Assembly: GCA_965205975.1 (NCBI GenBank)
Contig: OZ242195.1
Coordinates: 448,001-512,000 of the forward strand
Reading direction: 5' to 3'
DNA length: 64,000 bases
Source of the DNA: Candidatus Latescibacterota bacterium
Lineage (GTDB): Bacteria > Latescibacterota > UBA2968
This document shows positions 45,589 to 55,097 of the stretch, in pieces. The position numbers and the translations under genes were made by a program. The stretch's first letter is position 1. Every line of letters starts with the position of its first letter. The notes beneath the pieces are model-generated. The model was not told where the DNA came from and did no database searches. It saw only the letters and a list, made by a program, of their open reading frames with translations.

Positions 45589-48488
45589 GGTTGTTCCTTT
45601 TCCAATTCCAATCCGAGTGTTTTTCCTTTTTGCACGGCGGGAATGCCCGCGTTCATCCATACAGGTGCAGGGGCGTCTTTGAGGTAGTGGTCAAAGAATT
45701 GTTGCAGGCGAATGCTCCAATCCTTGCGGTTGTGGTGTTTGCGTATGCCGTGTGCTTCTCCGTTGTAATTGACCAGCCAGGCGGGTTTGCCCAGGCGGCG
45801 CAGGGCAACAAAGAGTTCGATGCCCTGGTACCAGGGCACTGCGCCGTCGTCGTCGTTGTGCAAGATGAGCAATGGCGTTTGAATTTTGTCTGCCCAAAAG
45901 ATGGGTGAGTTTTCGATATATCGCGTGGGTGCTTCCCAGAGTGAACCGCCGATGCGACTCTGGCTTTTTTCGTATTGCATCATGCGGCTCAGTCCCGAAG
46001 CCCAGCGGATACCGCCGTACGCACTGATCATATTTGAGACGGGTGCGCCGGCTTCGGCTGCCCGAAATATATTGGTTCGGGTGATCATATAGGCGATTTG
46101 ATAGCCCCCCCAACTGTGGCCTTGCACGCCGATTCGGTCGGGATTGACGAATCCCCGATTTATGAGATGCGTCACGCCAGAGACAACGGCGTTGACGGCA
46201 CTTTCTCCGGGGAAGCCGACTTTGTAGGGGATATCCGGGATAAAGATCAGATACCCGCGGCTGACGTAAAATGGGAAATTTATGGAGCCGCCCGAGGCTC
46301 CTGGTGCTCGATGGGCGTGTAGCCGATGGGACATTTTTTCATAGAAATAGACCAGCATGGGATATTTCTGCGCGGAGTCGAAATTTTCGGGTTTGTAGAG
46401 AATGCCTTGCAGGGGTTTGCCGTCGAGCGAGACCCATTCGACGAGTTCGGCCGTGCCCCACAGGTAGTCTTTTTGTTGCGGATTGGCTTCGCTTATTTTT
46501 CGCGTATTCCGAAAATCGAGGTCAGAGGTCCAGAGGTCGGGATATTCTTCAAAAGAGGATTGTCTGAAGAGGAGTATGTCTGCGTCTTTGGCTTTTTGGA
46601 GATTGGAAAACCGTTTGTCGCGCGCGATCAGTTCAACGGGTTTGTCAGTACTTTCAAGGCGATCTCGATAGTAGCCCATGGCTTTGGTTTTGAGATTGAA
46701 ACCCGATAAGAGCAAATCGACTTTGGGATCGCGTGCTCGTTCTTCGGGGTCGAGGCTTACATATCGAAAGCGCGTTTCGGTCTCGCGCCCAATCCCTTCG
46801 GTGATGTTGACGGGTGCTTTGCGTCCATTGGGATCGGTGAGCCAGATATCGTAGCGGTCGTAAACGAGAAATTCTTTATCGCCTTTTGTCCACCCGGCAT
46901 TGCCATGTGCGCTGGGTGGATACGGCCAGTCGTGCAATTCGTTGTGAACGGGATGGGGGATATTTCTACTGGCGTTGACGCGGATCATATTTTTGACATG
47001 CTGAACATACCAGTTTTTCTGGATGCGATCCCACCAGTAGATGTATTTGGATTCGGGTGAGAGGGTGGGGCGCGTCTGCATTTTGGTGAGTACGCGCGTT
47101 GCCTCGCCGGTTTTTATGTCGATCAAATAGCTGTCGTAATAAGCTGGCGAATCCCACGAAATGAGTTGTCGGTAGGGGAGAATCGAAGTGCCTATCGCGA
47201 CATCGGCATTGCCCTCGCTTCCCAGACGAATATTGGGGATAGTTTCTGTGGCGAGTTGAACGATTTTGCCATTGTTGAGGTGAAAGACGGCGCGATATGT
47301 GCGTTCGCGTTCCTCTTTGGCATCTTTGAGTTGCATGGGTTGGAGATAGGGGTCTTTCCAGTTCCAGATATCGACTGCGACTTTTTCGTCGTCGGGCGTG
47401 TCGTCCTCCGCTTCCACTTCTGGTCTGGGGGCGGTGCCAAAAAAGAGGCGCTTGCCGTCTTTGGAAAAGGAGAGGTTGGCGTGTTCGCTGACCCACCAGT
47501 TCGGTGGTATGCCCTTTGTTCCAGATTGGGCGATTTTTTTTGCCTTATTGCGCGAGCCAATGGGCCAATAATAGAGGGCGTATTCCTGTTGCTCTGCGTT
47601 AAAGCTGTCGCGGTTGGCAATAAATGCGAGATGGAGACTGGATTCGTCGGTGGTGATTTTTTTGTAATCACCTGCGCCCGTGAGTATGGCTGTGGTGTCG
47701 CCCGTGCTGGTGCGAATGACGTAGATGCCATCGGCTGTGCTGTCTTTGTTGGCAGCGGCAAAAATGAGATACGAACCGCTTTCTGTGAAGGCGTAGGAGA
47801 TGACGTGGTTATATCGCGTTTCGGCACTGGTCTGGAGGTTGCGGAGAACGAGCGTGGTGCCTTCGGCTTTTTTGCGTTTTTTCTTTTTGGGATCTTTCGG
47901 TTCTTCTTTTTTGGCTTCTTTAGTTTCGGGTTTTTGTTCGGGCTGTTTTTCGGGCTTGGCTGTCTCTTTTTCAGGTTCGGGTGTTTTTTTCTTTTTGTTC
48001 GCTGTACTGTCTTTTTTTGCGATTTCTTTTTCCAGCAAATAGGCGACCCATCCTCCGTTTTCTTTGGGTAGTTTGAAGGATTTGATGCGTGCGGCTTTAA
48101 AGATGTCTCCCGTGGGAAGGGTGATGATACCAAGTGAGTCTTTGGGCGATTCTTCGGGTTTTTTCTTGTCGCGTTTTGCCTGTTTTACCGAGTCTTTGAA
48201 GGCTTTGATGAGGGTGACGATATAACGCGAGTCTCTGGTGAAGCGAATGGATTCTCCACGCGGTATCGCGTAGGAGCGGTCGTCTGTGAGGCTTGCGATG
48301 CGGAGTTCGGTGTCTTTTTCATCCGGACCGACGGAGAGAAAAGCCCATTGTCCGTTGTCGGAAATATTGCTGGCGTGCGTGCGGTTCCACACCTCATACA
48401 CGTCGTGATCCAGCGGCTTTTTCCCCTGGGCAAAGACGAGTGGAGATAAACTCAAGAGCACAGATAGAAGATATGTAGATAGGCGCAT
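45585..48488 (-). CDS. Secreted S9 (prolyl oligopeptidase) family peptidase
   Basis: Signal peptide, propeller region, GHSWGG, HNDDDGAV, GEAHG catalytic triad motifs. Confidence 0.93.
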   Translation of the reverse strand: MRLSTYLLSVLLSLSPLVFAQGKKPLDHDVYEVWNRTHASNISDNGQWAFLSVGPDEKDTELRIASLTDDRSYAIPRGESIRFTRDSRYIVTLIKAFKDSVKQAKRDKKKPEESPKDSLGIITLPTGDIFKAARIKSFKLPKENGGWVAYLLEKEIAKKDSTANKKKKTPEPEKETAKPEKQPEQKPETKEAKKEEPKDPKKKKRKKAEGTTLVLRNLQTSAETRYNHVISYAFTESGSYLIFAAANKDSTADGIYVIRTSTGDTTAILTGAGDYKKITTDESSLHLAFIANRDSFNAEQQEYALYYWPIGSRNKAKKIAQSGTKGIPPNWWVSEHANLSFSKDGKRLFFGTAPRPEVEAEDDTPDDEKVAVDIWNWKDPYLQPMQLKDAKEERERTYRAVFHLNNGKIVQLATETIPNIRLGSEGNADVAIGTSILPYRQLISWDSPAYYDSYLIDIKTGEATRVLTKMQTRPTLSPESKYIYWWDRIQKNWYVQHVKNMIRVNASRNIPHPVHNELHDWPYPPSAHGNAGWTKGDKEFLVYDRYDIWLTDPNGRKAPVNITEGIGRETETRFRYVSLDPEERARDPKVDLLLSGFNLKTKAMGYYRDRLESTDKPVELIARDKRFSNLQKAKDADILLFRQSSFEEYPDLWTSDLDFRNTRKISEANPQQKDYLWGTAELVEWVSLDGKPLQGILYKPENFDSAQKYPMLVYFYEKMSHRLHAHRAPGASGGSINFPFYVSRGYLIFIPDIPYKVGFPGESAVNAVVSGVTHLINRGFVNPDRIGVQGHSWGGYQIAYMITRTNIFRAAEAGAPVSNMISAYGGIRWASGLSRMMQYEKSQSRIGGSLWEAPTRYIENSPIFWADKIQTPLLILHNDDDGAVPWYQGIELFVALRRLGKPAWLVNYNGEAHGIRKHHNRKDWSIRLQQFFDHYLKDAPAPVWMNAGIPAVQKGKTLGLELEKEQP

Positions 48489-48562
48489 AGGTAATCTCGT
48501 AGAAGTAGGAGGTTTTGGACAGGTAAGTTTCTGAACAATATAATAGATATACAGCGGTGGGC

Positions 48563-48604
48563 AAAAATAAAAGCCGACACATAAACATCGGCTTTTGTTT
48601 TTTT
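48563..48604 (-). terminator. Intrinsic terminator downstream of the natAB-like operon
   Basis: AAAAGCCGA-10 nt-TCGGCTTTT with T-tracts on both strands. Confidence 0.7.
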
Positions 48605-48657
48605 GGTTCTTTTTTGTAACTATTTAGGTCATTTGAATGATGAGGAAAAAAAGATGC

Positions 48658-48747
48658 TGTAGGAGCGGCACCCCTGCCGCGATTAAGGTCGGGGGACGGG
48701 GTACAACTGGTCGTCTCTCAGGCCAGTTCAAGGGATTTCCCTCCTAC
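48658..48747. repeat. REP/REPIN-like element (GTAG class)
   Basis: Ends GTAGGAG...CTCCTAC; internal hairpins GCGGCA-CCCC-TGCCGC and AACTGG...CCAGTT; single copy in the window. Confidence 0.5.
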
Positions 48748-48755
48748 GCGCGACC

Positions 48756-49232
48756 TTAGAAATTTGATTCTACTTGGTATTCGGCAGAGTATTCTTTCAG
48801 GTTCTTTTTTATTTGCTGAAACTGCGTGTAGGAACATGTACCCGCTGGAATTTCGATGGGGTGTGCTGGTTGGGCTTTTGGAATAATTTCCACGCCGTTG
48901 ATTTTGAGGTGCATCGCCTGGATTTCATCCCAGGATATTTTCTTCGCCTGTCCGCGTCGTTTGGCTTTGATCTCCAGTCCGTCATTGCTGAATACTACCC
49001 GCGGTCGTCCGTGTTTTTTGGGGATATAGAGAGCAATGATCATTGCAACGATGATCGCAATACTGCAGAGTAGCAGAATCGTACCTACTATCCAATCAAA
49101 GGCATTGTGTGCATGCGATAGTGTTCGCCAACCCTGGTATATGCTGTTGATTATGATCCCAATACTGAGAACGACAAACCACTTTGACTGGCGTGGGTCT
49201 TCTACGTCAAAGTAAATTGTAAAGGTATCCAT
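48756..49232 (-). CDS. Hypothetical membrane protein (2 TM + PH-like C-terminal domain)
   Basis: ORF with AGGA RBS and two hydrophobic helices. Confidence 0.65.
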   Translation of the reverse strand: MDTFTIYFDVEDPRQSKWFVVLSIGIIINSIYQGWRTLSHAHNAFDWIVGTILLLCSIAIIVAMIIALYIPKKHGRPRVVFSNDGLEIKAKRRGQAKKISWDEIQAMHLKINGVEIIPKAQPAHPIEIPAGTCSYTQFQQIKKNLKEYSAEYQVESNF

Positions 49233-49259
49233 GTTATCCTCTAAAGTTTGGCAGGCGAC

Positions 49260-49517
49260 TTATCGCCCAGTATCATCCTTTGAAACCTCACCCTGATCAT
49301 CCTCTGAAATATGGCGGATTTCTCCAGCGCGTTGTTGTACGATTTCCTGTGCCGCGCGTTTTTTGTCCTCGTTGAGCATGAGGTCTGTTGCACCGAGCAT
49401 TGTGGTAGCCGATCCGCCTGCACCTTTGCGACTGCCTTTTACAAGCGCGTAAAGTGCATAGCCGATGAGAAGAATTGCGATAAGTGTAAAAATGGCGACT
49501 CCCATGAAATGTTCCAT
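49260..49517 (-). CDS. Small single-TM hypothetical protein
   Basis: ATG abuts the natB stop; N-terminal TM helix. Confidence 0.6.
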   Translation of the reverse strand: MEHFMGVAIFTLIAILLIGYALYALVKGSRKGAGGSATTMLGATDLMLNEDKKRAAQEIVQQRAGEIRHISEDDQGEVSKDDTGR

Positions 49518-50714
49518 TTAAGTCTCCCGAAAGATGGTGCTTTCGCGTTCAAACCATCTGGCGCAGCCGTAGAGGCTGAGGGCTGCGAGGGCGATGAGCG
49601 AGGCATAGACTTCGAACAATAGGGGTAGTTTGATGGTTCCCGCGAAAATTTCTTTGGATGCAAGCGAGACATTCAAGACCGGTATGAGCGATGTGATGGC
49701 ATTGAGTTCAATGCCGGGCAAGAGGCCGATAAATACGGGAATAATAATGATGATGTTGAGGGGAGCCATAATGCTCTGCGCTTCTTTGAAAGATTTGGCA
49801 AAGATGGAGACGGACATTAAGGCGGCGGCAAAAAAGATGGTTAAGGGCAGGCACAGAGAAAGGACCAGGAGAATGGATGATATTTCAAACATGCCCTGTA
49901 GCGCGTCGAGAATTCTTGAGACAATTTCTCGTTGTAACATAACAGCTATAAAAAAACCGATAAAACTGTTGGCGATTGACGCAAATCCCGATAGGACAAT
50001 CACGCCACATTTGCCCAGCAAGATCTGAATTTTGCTGACGGGAGCGACGAGCAGTGTTTCGAGGGTGGCGCGTTCTTTTTCTCCCGCACCCAGATCAAGG
50101 GCTGGATACATACAGCCCATAAAACACATTAAGACAAAAATATAGGGCAAAAAACCACCCACGCTTTTTCCGATTCTTTCCCGTTGAGAAGCAATGTCGT
50201 GGCGTCTGACCTGTACGGGGTCCACGATCAGACGGTCGAGGGCAAGTCGTTGGAATCGGTCATTGACAATCTGGTTTTCGTAGTCTCGAATCAGACTTGT
50301 CAGGCGATTGCGAGATGCGTCCATATCTCGGGATGATTTGAAATAGAGATGAATTTGACCACGTTGCAAGTCGGATATTTGGGCATCGAATTGCTCATCA
50401 ACGCGAATGGCTGCATCTATGCTGTCGGATCGGATTAACTGAGGGATTATATCTTCTGCTATGTCTTCTCGAATTTTCAGGTCGTCGCGTTTGAGCAGGG
50501 TTTCGCGGAATGTCTCTGCATTGCCATTGGTGATCAGGGCAACTACGAGTGTTTTGGTTCTGACTTTTTGGGTCTGACGAGTAGTAAAAGCGGCTGCAAT
50601 TGTGAATAACAGCGGGAATAACAGCATTGGTATGATGAACATCATCATCATCGAACGCCGATCGCGCGTGATGTCCTTAAATTCTTTTTTAAAGATGGTG
50701 AGGATCGGTTTCAT
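49518..50714 (-). CDS. natB: ABC-2 permease, NatB-like
   Basis: KEFKDITRDRR, GEKERATLETLLVAP and AKSFKEAQ motifs. Confidence 0.85.
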   Translation of the reverse strand: MKPILTIFKKEFKDITRDRRSMMMMFIIPMLLFPLLFTIAAAFTTRQTQKVRTKTLVVALITNGNAETFRETLLKRDDLKIREDIAEDIIPQLIRSDSIDAAIRVDEQFDAQISDLQRGQIHLYFKSSRDMDASRNRLTSLIRDYENQIVNDRFQRLALDRLIVDPVQVRRHDIASQRERIGKSVGGFLPYIFVLMCFMGCMYPALDLGAGEKERATLETLLVAPVSKIQILLGKCGVIVLSGFASIANSFIGFFIAVMLQREIVSRILDALQGMFEISSILLVLSLCLPLTIFFAAALMSVSIFAKSFKEAQSIMAPLNIIIIIPVFIGLLPGIELNAITSLIPVLNVSLASKEIFAGTIKLPLLFEVYASLIALAALSLYGCARWFERESTIFRET

Positions 50715-50734
50715 GGGGACCTCTTATGGCAAAT

Positions 50735-51502
50735 TTATGCCTGTTCGACGATGCGAATAAATTCGTCTTCCAGCGTGGGGGTTTGCATCTGGTTTTGAAA
50801 GTCTTCCAATGTGCCGTTAAACTGCAATTGGCCTTTGTGAATGATGGCGAGGTCGTCGCTGAGCAAGCTGACTTCACCCATGCGATGTGTGGAAAAAATG
50901 ACGGTTTTTCCCGCGTTTCGACAGTCGCGGATGAGGTGTACGATATTGCGTGAGGTGACGACATCGAGACCGGCGGTAGGTTCGTCGAATACAATAACTT
51001 CGGGGTCGTGTATGATCGTGCGTACAATGGAGACTTTTTGTTTCATGCCCGTGGAGAGTTTGCCAATGCGGCGGTTTGCAAAGGCTTCCATGTCGAGGAG
51101 GGCAAATAGGTGGTCACGCCGCGTGTTGTAATCTGCATTATTCATGCCGTGCAGGTCGGCAAAGTAGCGCACCATTTCATTGGAGGTCAGACGATCGTAC
51201 AATCCCGTGTTGCCTGTGAGAAAGCCGAGGTTTTCGCGTACGGCTTGACTTTGTGTTACGGTGTCGTATTCCGCGACAGATATGCTGCCCGAAGTGGGTT
51301 TGAGCATGGTGGCGATCATGCGCAATGCAGTGGTTTTTCCCGCGCCATTGGGACCCAATAATGCGAAGACGCGACCTGGCTGACAGGTGAAGCTGATGTC
51401 GCACACCGCGTCGATGGTGTTGCCCTGAAAACCATCTCCCATTTCGCGTTTTTGCTGCCGCGATAATTTGAAGGTTTTGACAATATTTTTTGCGATAACC
51501 AT
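50735..51502 (-). CDS. natA: ABC ATP-binding protein, NatA-like
   Basis: GPNGAGKTT, LSTGMKQK and FDEPT motifs. Confidence 0.85.
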   Translation of the reverse strand: MVIAKNIVKTFKLSRQQKREMGDGFQGNTIDAVCDISFTCQPGRVFALLGPNGAGKTTALRMIATMLKPTSGSISVAEYDTVTQSQAVRENLGFLTGNTGLYDRLTSNEMVRYFADLHGMNNADYNTRRDHLFALLDMEAFANRRIGKLSTGMKQKVSIVRTIIHDPEVIVFDEPTAGLDVVTSRNIVHLIRDCRNAGKTVIFSTHRMGEVSLLSDDLAIIHKGQLQFNGTLEDFQNQMQTPTLEDEFIRIVEQA

Positions 51503-51735
51503 AATGCACTCCGCGATTGCGGGTTGAATAGCGTATGGTCAGAAATCTCCCATTACTTTTTTATCTGAAAAGCCCGTAAAACTCAAGTCCTTCAGGCTTG
51601 GGTCGCACGGCGAAGGGCTTAGAATGTATGGGGTGGCTTTAGCCTATGGGATAGTCCTCAAGGGACTATCGGTGGCGGTGGAGCGGTGTACAAGTGCGCC
51701 AGCGTTTCATCAACAAGATTCATTCTATTTTCAAC

Positions 51736-51764
51736 TTGACAAAATCAATACATAAGTATATATT
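51736..51764 (+). promoter_or_regulatory. sigma70 promoter of tnpB, probably giving a leaderless mRNA
   Basis: TTGACA-17 nt-TATATT; ATG 6 nt after the -10 box; no SD sequence. Confidence 0.7.
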
Positions 51765-51770
51765 TTTATT

Positions 51771-52895
51771 ATGGTTAAGTCGTTCAAATACAGATTGCGT
51801 CCAACCAAAAAGCAAGAACAAATCTTGCTGACGCATATTGGCGAATGTCGTATCCTCTATAATCAACTACTCTGTGCCAGAATACAAGCATGGAAAAATG
51901 AGAATAAGTCTCTGTCTGAATATGACCAGACCAAAACAATACCATTGTTAAAACAGCAACACGCCGCTTTCAAGCAAGTATATAGTCAAGTGTTGCAACA
52001 AGTATCACAGAGAGTAGATTTGGCATTCAAAGGATTCTTTCGGCGTCTCAAAGAGAAGTCAAAGACAGGCGAGAAAGCGGGCTTTCCCAGATACAAGAAT
52101 GAGAATCGCTATGATTCTATCACCTATCCTCAGTTTGCCAATGGATGCCGATTGGACGACAAGGGCTTGCGATTGGGCAGTATTGGTTGCATTCGCATTG
52201 TCCAGCACAGGCCACTTGCGGGTATCCCTAAGTCTTGCACAATCACACGCACAGCAACAGGCAAATGGTTTGTATCTATCTCTTGCGATATTGGCGAAAA
52301 AGATAAGAAACCAAACACTAACTCTGCTGTTGGCATTGACGTGGGTCTCAATTCCTTTGCGGTCACCAGTGACGGAGAGAAAATAGAGAATCAGAGATTC
52401 TTTCGCAAAGAGGAAAAGTCTCTGAAGAGAGCACAGCGCAAATGGGACGCGGTAAAAAAAAGCTCCAAGACCGACCCCACAAGAGAAAAGCGTCGTAAAG
52501 TCATTGCCAAAGTGCATGAGCGTATCCGTAATAAGCGACATAACTTTGCCCACCAAGAATCAAGAAAAATGGTCAATCGTCACAGTTTCATTGCCGTAGA
52601 GAAATTGGACGTGAAAGAGATGCAGAAGAACAGACGGTTGGCTAAATCAATAGCAGACGTAGCATGGTCCCTGTTTCGGCACTGTCTCGAATACAAAGCG
52701 GAAGAAGCTGGTATTGGATTCAAAGCCGTTGATCCTGACTATACGTCACAAGATTGCTCTGCATGCGGACATAGAGAAAAAAAGACACTCTCAGATCGTG
52801 TGCATCATTGCAAGGCGTGTGGCTATAAGACGGACAGAGACCACAATGCTGCGATAAACATATTGACGTTGGGGCTACAACGTCAGGCAGTTTGA
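51771..52895 (+). CDS. tnpB: RNA-guided endonuclease TnpB
   Basis: FKYRLRPT N-terminus, GFPRYK, RuvC GIDVG / AVEKL / DRDHNAAINI, zinc finger CSAC...CKAC. Confidence 0.95.
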   Translation: MVKSFKYRLRPTKKQEQILLTHIGECRILYNQLLCARIQAWKNENKSLSEYDQTKTIPLLKQQHAAFKQVYSQVLQQVSQRVDLAFKGFFRRLKEKSKTGEKAGFPRYKNENRYDSITYPQFANGCRLDDKGLRLGSIGCIRIVQHRPLAGIPKSCTITRTATGKWFVSISCDIGEKDKKPNTNSAVGIDVGLNSFAVTSDGEKIENQRFFRKEEKSLKRAQRKWDAVKKSSKTDPTREKRRKVIAKVHERIRNKRHNFAHQESRKMVNRHSFIAVEKLDVKEMQKNRRLAKSIADVAWSLFRHCLEYKAEEAGIGFKAVDPDYTSQDCSACGHREKKTLSDRVHHCKACGYKTDRDHNAAINILTLGLQRQAV

Positions 52896-52956
52896 CCGCC
52901 AAGAAGCCCAACTGCTCTATCGTTGGGAGTAGTCACATTAGTGATAGAGTTACCCA
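52800..52956 (+). ncRNA. Predicted omegaRNA/reRNA scaffold plus flank-derived guide
   Basis: Hairpins GACGTTG/CAACGTC and CCCAAC/GTTGGG at the tnpB 3' end; guide would start at 52937. The 5' boundary is a guess. Confidence 0.55.
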
Positions 52957-53135
52957 ATTTTGTTTCAAAATGCAAGAGGGCATTTTTATTTAGGGTTTTT
53001 GTTTAAAACAGAAGTCTGCATCTATTCGTCTGTGAACTGCAGGTATGGATTAGGAGTCTTTGGGAGTGTTGAGCGCGGCGAGGTGTATGGAGGTCGGATG
53101 GAGAGTGTATTGGACTTAGCCCTTTAGAAATACAT

Positions 53136-53741
53136 TCAGGCAGAATACAAACTGCTGATTCGATCCATTGTTCTTTTTAAACTTACAGATACAGCAGCAG
53201 CGCGTTCTAAATCCCATTGGTCTCGTACAAATTCGGTAAAACGCGGATTATAGAGAGGGCCTACTTTTGCGGTTGTCGCCCCTTGTATAGGAGCCAATTC
53301 TTGTCTCAATGTTCTTTTTCTACTCTGTCGTGCAAGCGAAACGAGAAACTCTTTGGGTTTTTCTATTTTGTCTGTGTTGTGTGGAATACGATTGAGCGGT
53401 ACCGATAAAAATTTTGCGATGCCTCTGCGGTCCGCCATAATCCAAGATTCGATTTCCATGACCGCAACGCGAAAGAGAAATCCAGAATTTAGAGGTGCTC
53501 CAACCCAGGATTGAATGAGTTTTGGAGGACAATTTTTTGGAGAGTCTAAATCTGTTAGCAGAAAGATATTATAAAATCCTCTGGCAGTACGGTTGAGGTT
53601 ACGGGCCTTTTCTTTTAAGAAAGAATTGCCTTTAGATCCAAGTCTTTGTACAATTTCGAGGTCAAAGTATTCGAGAATTTTAGTCGAAACGGCATCGCTG
53701 AGTGTATCCTCAACAGCGAGGATTACTTTATTTGATCTCAT
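53136..53741 (-). CDS. DUF4276 family protein (TOPRIM-like)
   Basis: LAVED, LTDLD..CP and AVMEIESWIMAD motifs; start overlaps the ATPase stop. Confidence 0.8.
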   Translation of the reverse strand: MRSNKVILAVEDTLSDAVSTKILEYFDLEIVQRLGSKGNSFLKEKARNLNRTARGFYNIFLLTDLDSPKNCPPKLIQSWVGAPLNSGFLFRVAVMEIESWIMADRRGIAKFLSVPLNRIPHNTDKIEKPKEFLVSLARQSRKRTLRQELAPIQGATTAKVGPLYNPRFTEFVRDQWDLERAAAVSVSLKRTMDRISSLYSA

Positions 53742-54892
53742 TCTAAAAAACTCAATTGTTCGGCATGCTCGGGTCTGGTTCTTGGAAGTACGACTTCACT
53801 AACTGTAAAACCATCTTCGAGGAGCGTCTCTACTTCGTCAATATCAGAAACTATTTTTACCGCTGTTCCTTCCCGTGCTGGTGTAAGCAACAGAACTTCT
53901 CGTCCGTCAATGCCCTGTTCTGTAAGCAATGCATCGCTATGTGTGCTCACAAATACCTGGGGGCGTCTGCTTCTTTGCATTCTGGAAATAAACGGGGCAA
54001 GTTGAGAGACAATGCCCGCATTTAATGACAACTCTGGTTCTTCCAGTAAGAGTACAGAGTCACTCTCAAGAAGAGACCATAATAAGCCCAGGAGACGAAG
54101 CGTTCCATCGGAAAATTGATCTTCTCGTTGCAAGCCTGCATTCGGACGCCAGTGGGAATAAAGGGCTTGCAAATGAGGCCTTCCTGTGATTTCATCGCGA
54201 ATAAATTCCAATTGCTTCAGTTGGGGCACAGCAACTTTGAGGGCTTGTTCAATTTTTTTTAACCGGGAACGGCGCGTCCTCTCAGTAACTGTGGCAATTC
54301 TTTCCAAAAACCCTTGTCCAAAGGGATCATCTTCAACGACTCTTCCCTGAATCGAATCGGCAAACCGCAAAAGTTGAGGAACCAGATGCAGATAGGTAAT
54401 GTCTTGCAAGAAATGGACAATATCTCGAAAGTCTGCATTGACATTGATTTGCTCAAGAAAGGTCTGTGTGAGTCGTTGCCGGTCTTTTTTGTCATCTGCA
54501 TCTGGCCTGTTGAGAATCTGTTTGCCATCTTTCCACACGCGTTCATGAGTGAGATACGTCTGGCGATAACCCCGAGGTTCCTGCATAATTCCTATCGCAT
54601 ATCGCCAGGTTTCGGGAGATTCTGCATTGTCGGCAAGGTGAATTTCGATTTCGATTTCTGGGTCTTGTCTCGCCGCCAGGCAACGGATTTTAGATACGCC
54701 TCCGCGGTCTTTGACCGCTTTCTGCAATCCGCCGCCTTCTGCTTTTACAATATCTCGAAGAAAGCGAAAAATATCGAGAAGATTGGACTTCCCGGATGCA
54801 TTTGCACCTACGACAAACTGACGCTCGCGCAATGGGACATCGAGTTCTCGGAAATTACGCCAGTTTTTTACTTTAAGACGTTTGATCATCAT
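53738..54892 (-). CDS. AAA_15/AAA_21 (SMC/ABC-like) ATPase
   Basis: KNWRNF, GANASGKSN, FSDGTLR, LEEPE and STHS motifs. Confidence 0.9.
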   Translation of the reverse strand: MMIKRLKVKNWRNFRELDVPLRERQFVVGANASGKSNLLDIFRFLRDIVKAEGGGLQKAVKDRGGVSKIRCLAARQDPEIEIEIHLADNAESPETWRYAIGIMQEPRGYRQTYLTHERVWKDGKQILNRPDADDKKDRQRLTQTFLEQINVNADFRDIVHFLQDITYLHLVPQLLRFADSIQGRVVEDDPFGQGFLERIATVTERTRRSRLKKIEQALKVAVPQLKQLEFIRDEITGRPHLQALYSHWRPNAGLQREDQFSDGTLRLLGLLWSLLESDSVLLLEEPELSLNAGIVSQLAPFISRMQRSRRPQVFVSTHSDALLTEQGIDGREVLLLTPAREGTAVKIVSDIDEVETLLEDGFTVSEVVLPRTRPEHAEQLSFLE

Positions 54893-55097
54893 AATAACAA
54901 CTCCCATGAAAATCTAAATGGCTCATCCATGGAAACATGATCTTCAGCAGTAGAAATAACAGCATTAATAAACTTATTCGAGATGGGTGTGTTGGGCAAG
55001 CATTTTGTAAGTGCGATGTGTGCGGTATCAGATATTGTGTGTTCACTTTTAATAATGGCATATATTCTCCTGTAAGCAAATCTGTAAAAGAGGAGAT

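Larger units (their letters stand above)
51565..52936 (+). mobile_element. IS200/IS605 family element carrying tnpB only (non-autonomous)
   Basis: Left subterminal hairpin ACTCAAGTC-CTTCA-GGCTTGGGT; right end GAAGCCCAAC...GTTGGGAGTAGTCAC; no tnpA ORF. The left boundary (after TTTAT) is inferred. Confidence 0.8.

Noticed and set aside
47166..48133. Long alternative ORFs (301 and 313 aa)
   Set aside because: Shadow frames of the Lys/Glu/Pro-rich linker of the S9 peptidase.
51600..51730. tnpA remnant in the IS left arm
   Set aside because: No HUH or YIxxQ motif found in the frames I read.
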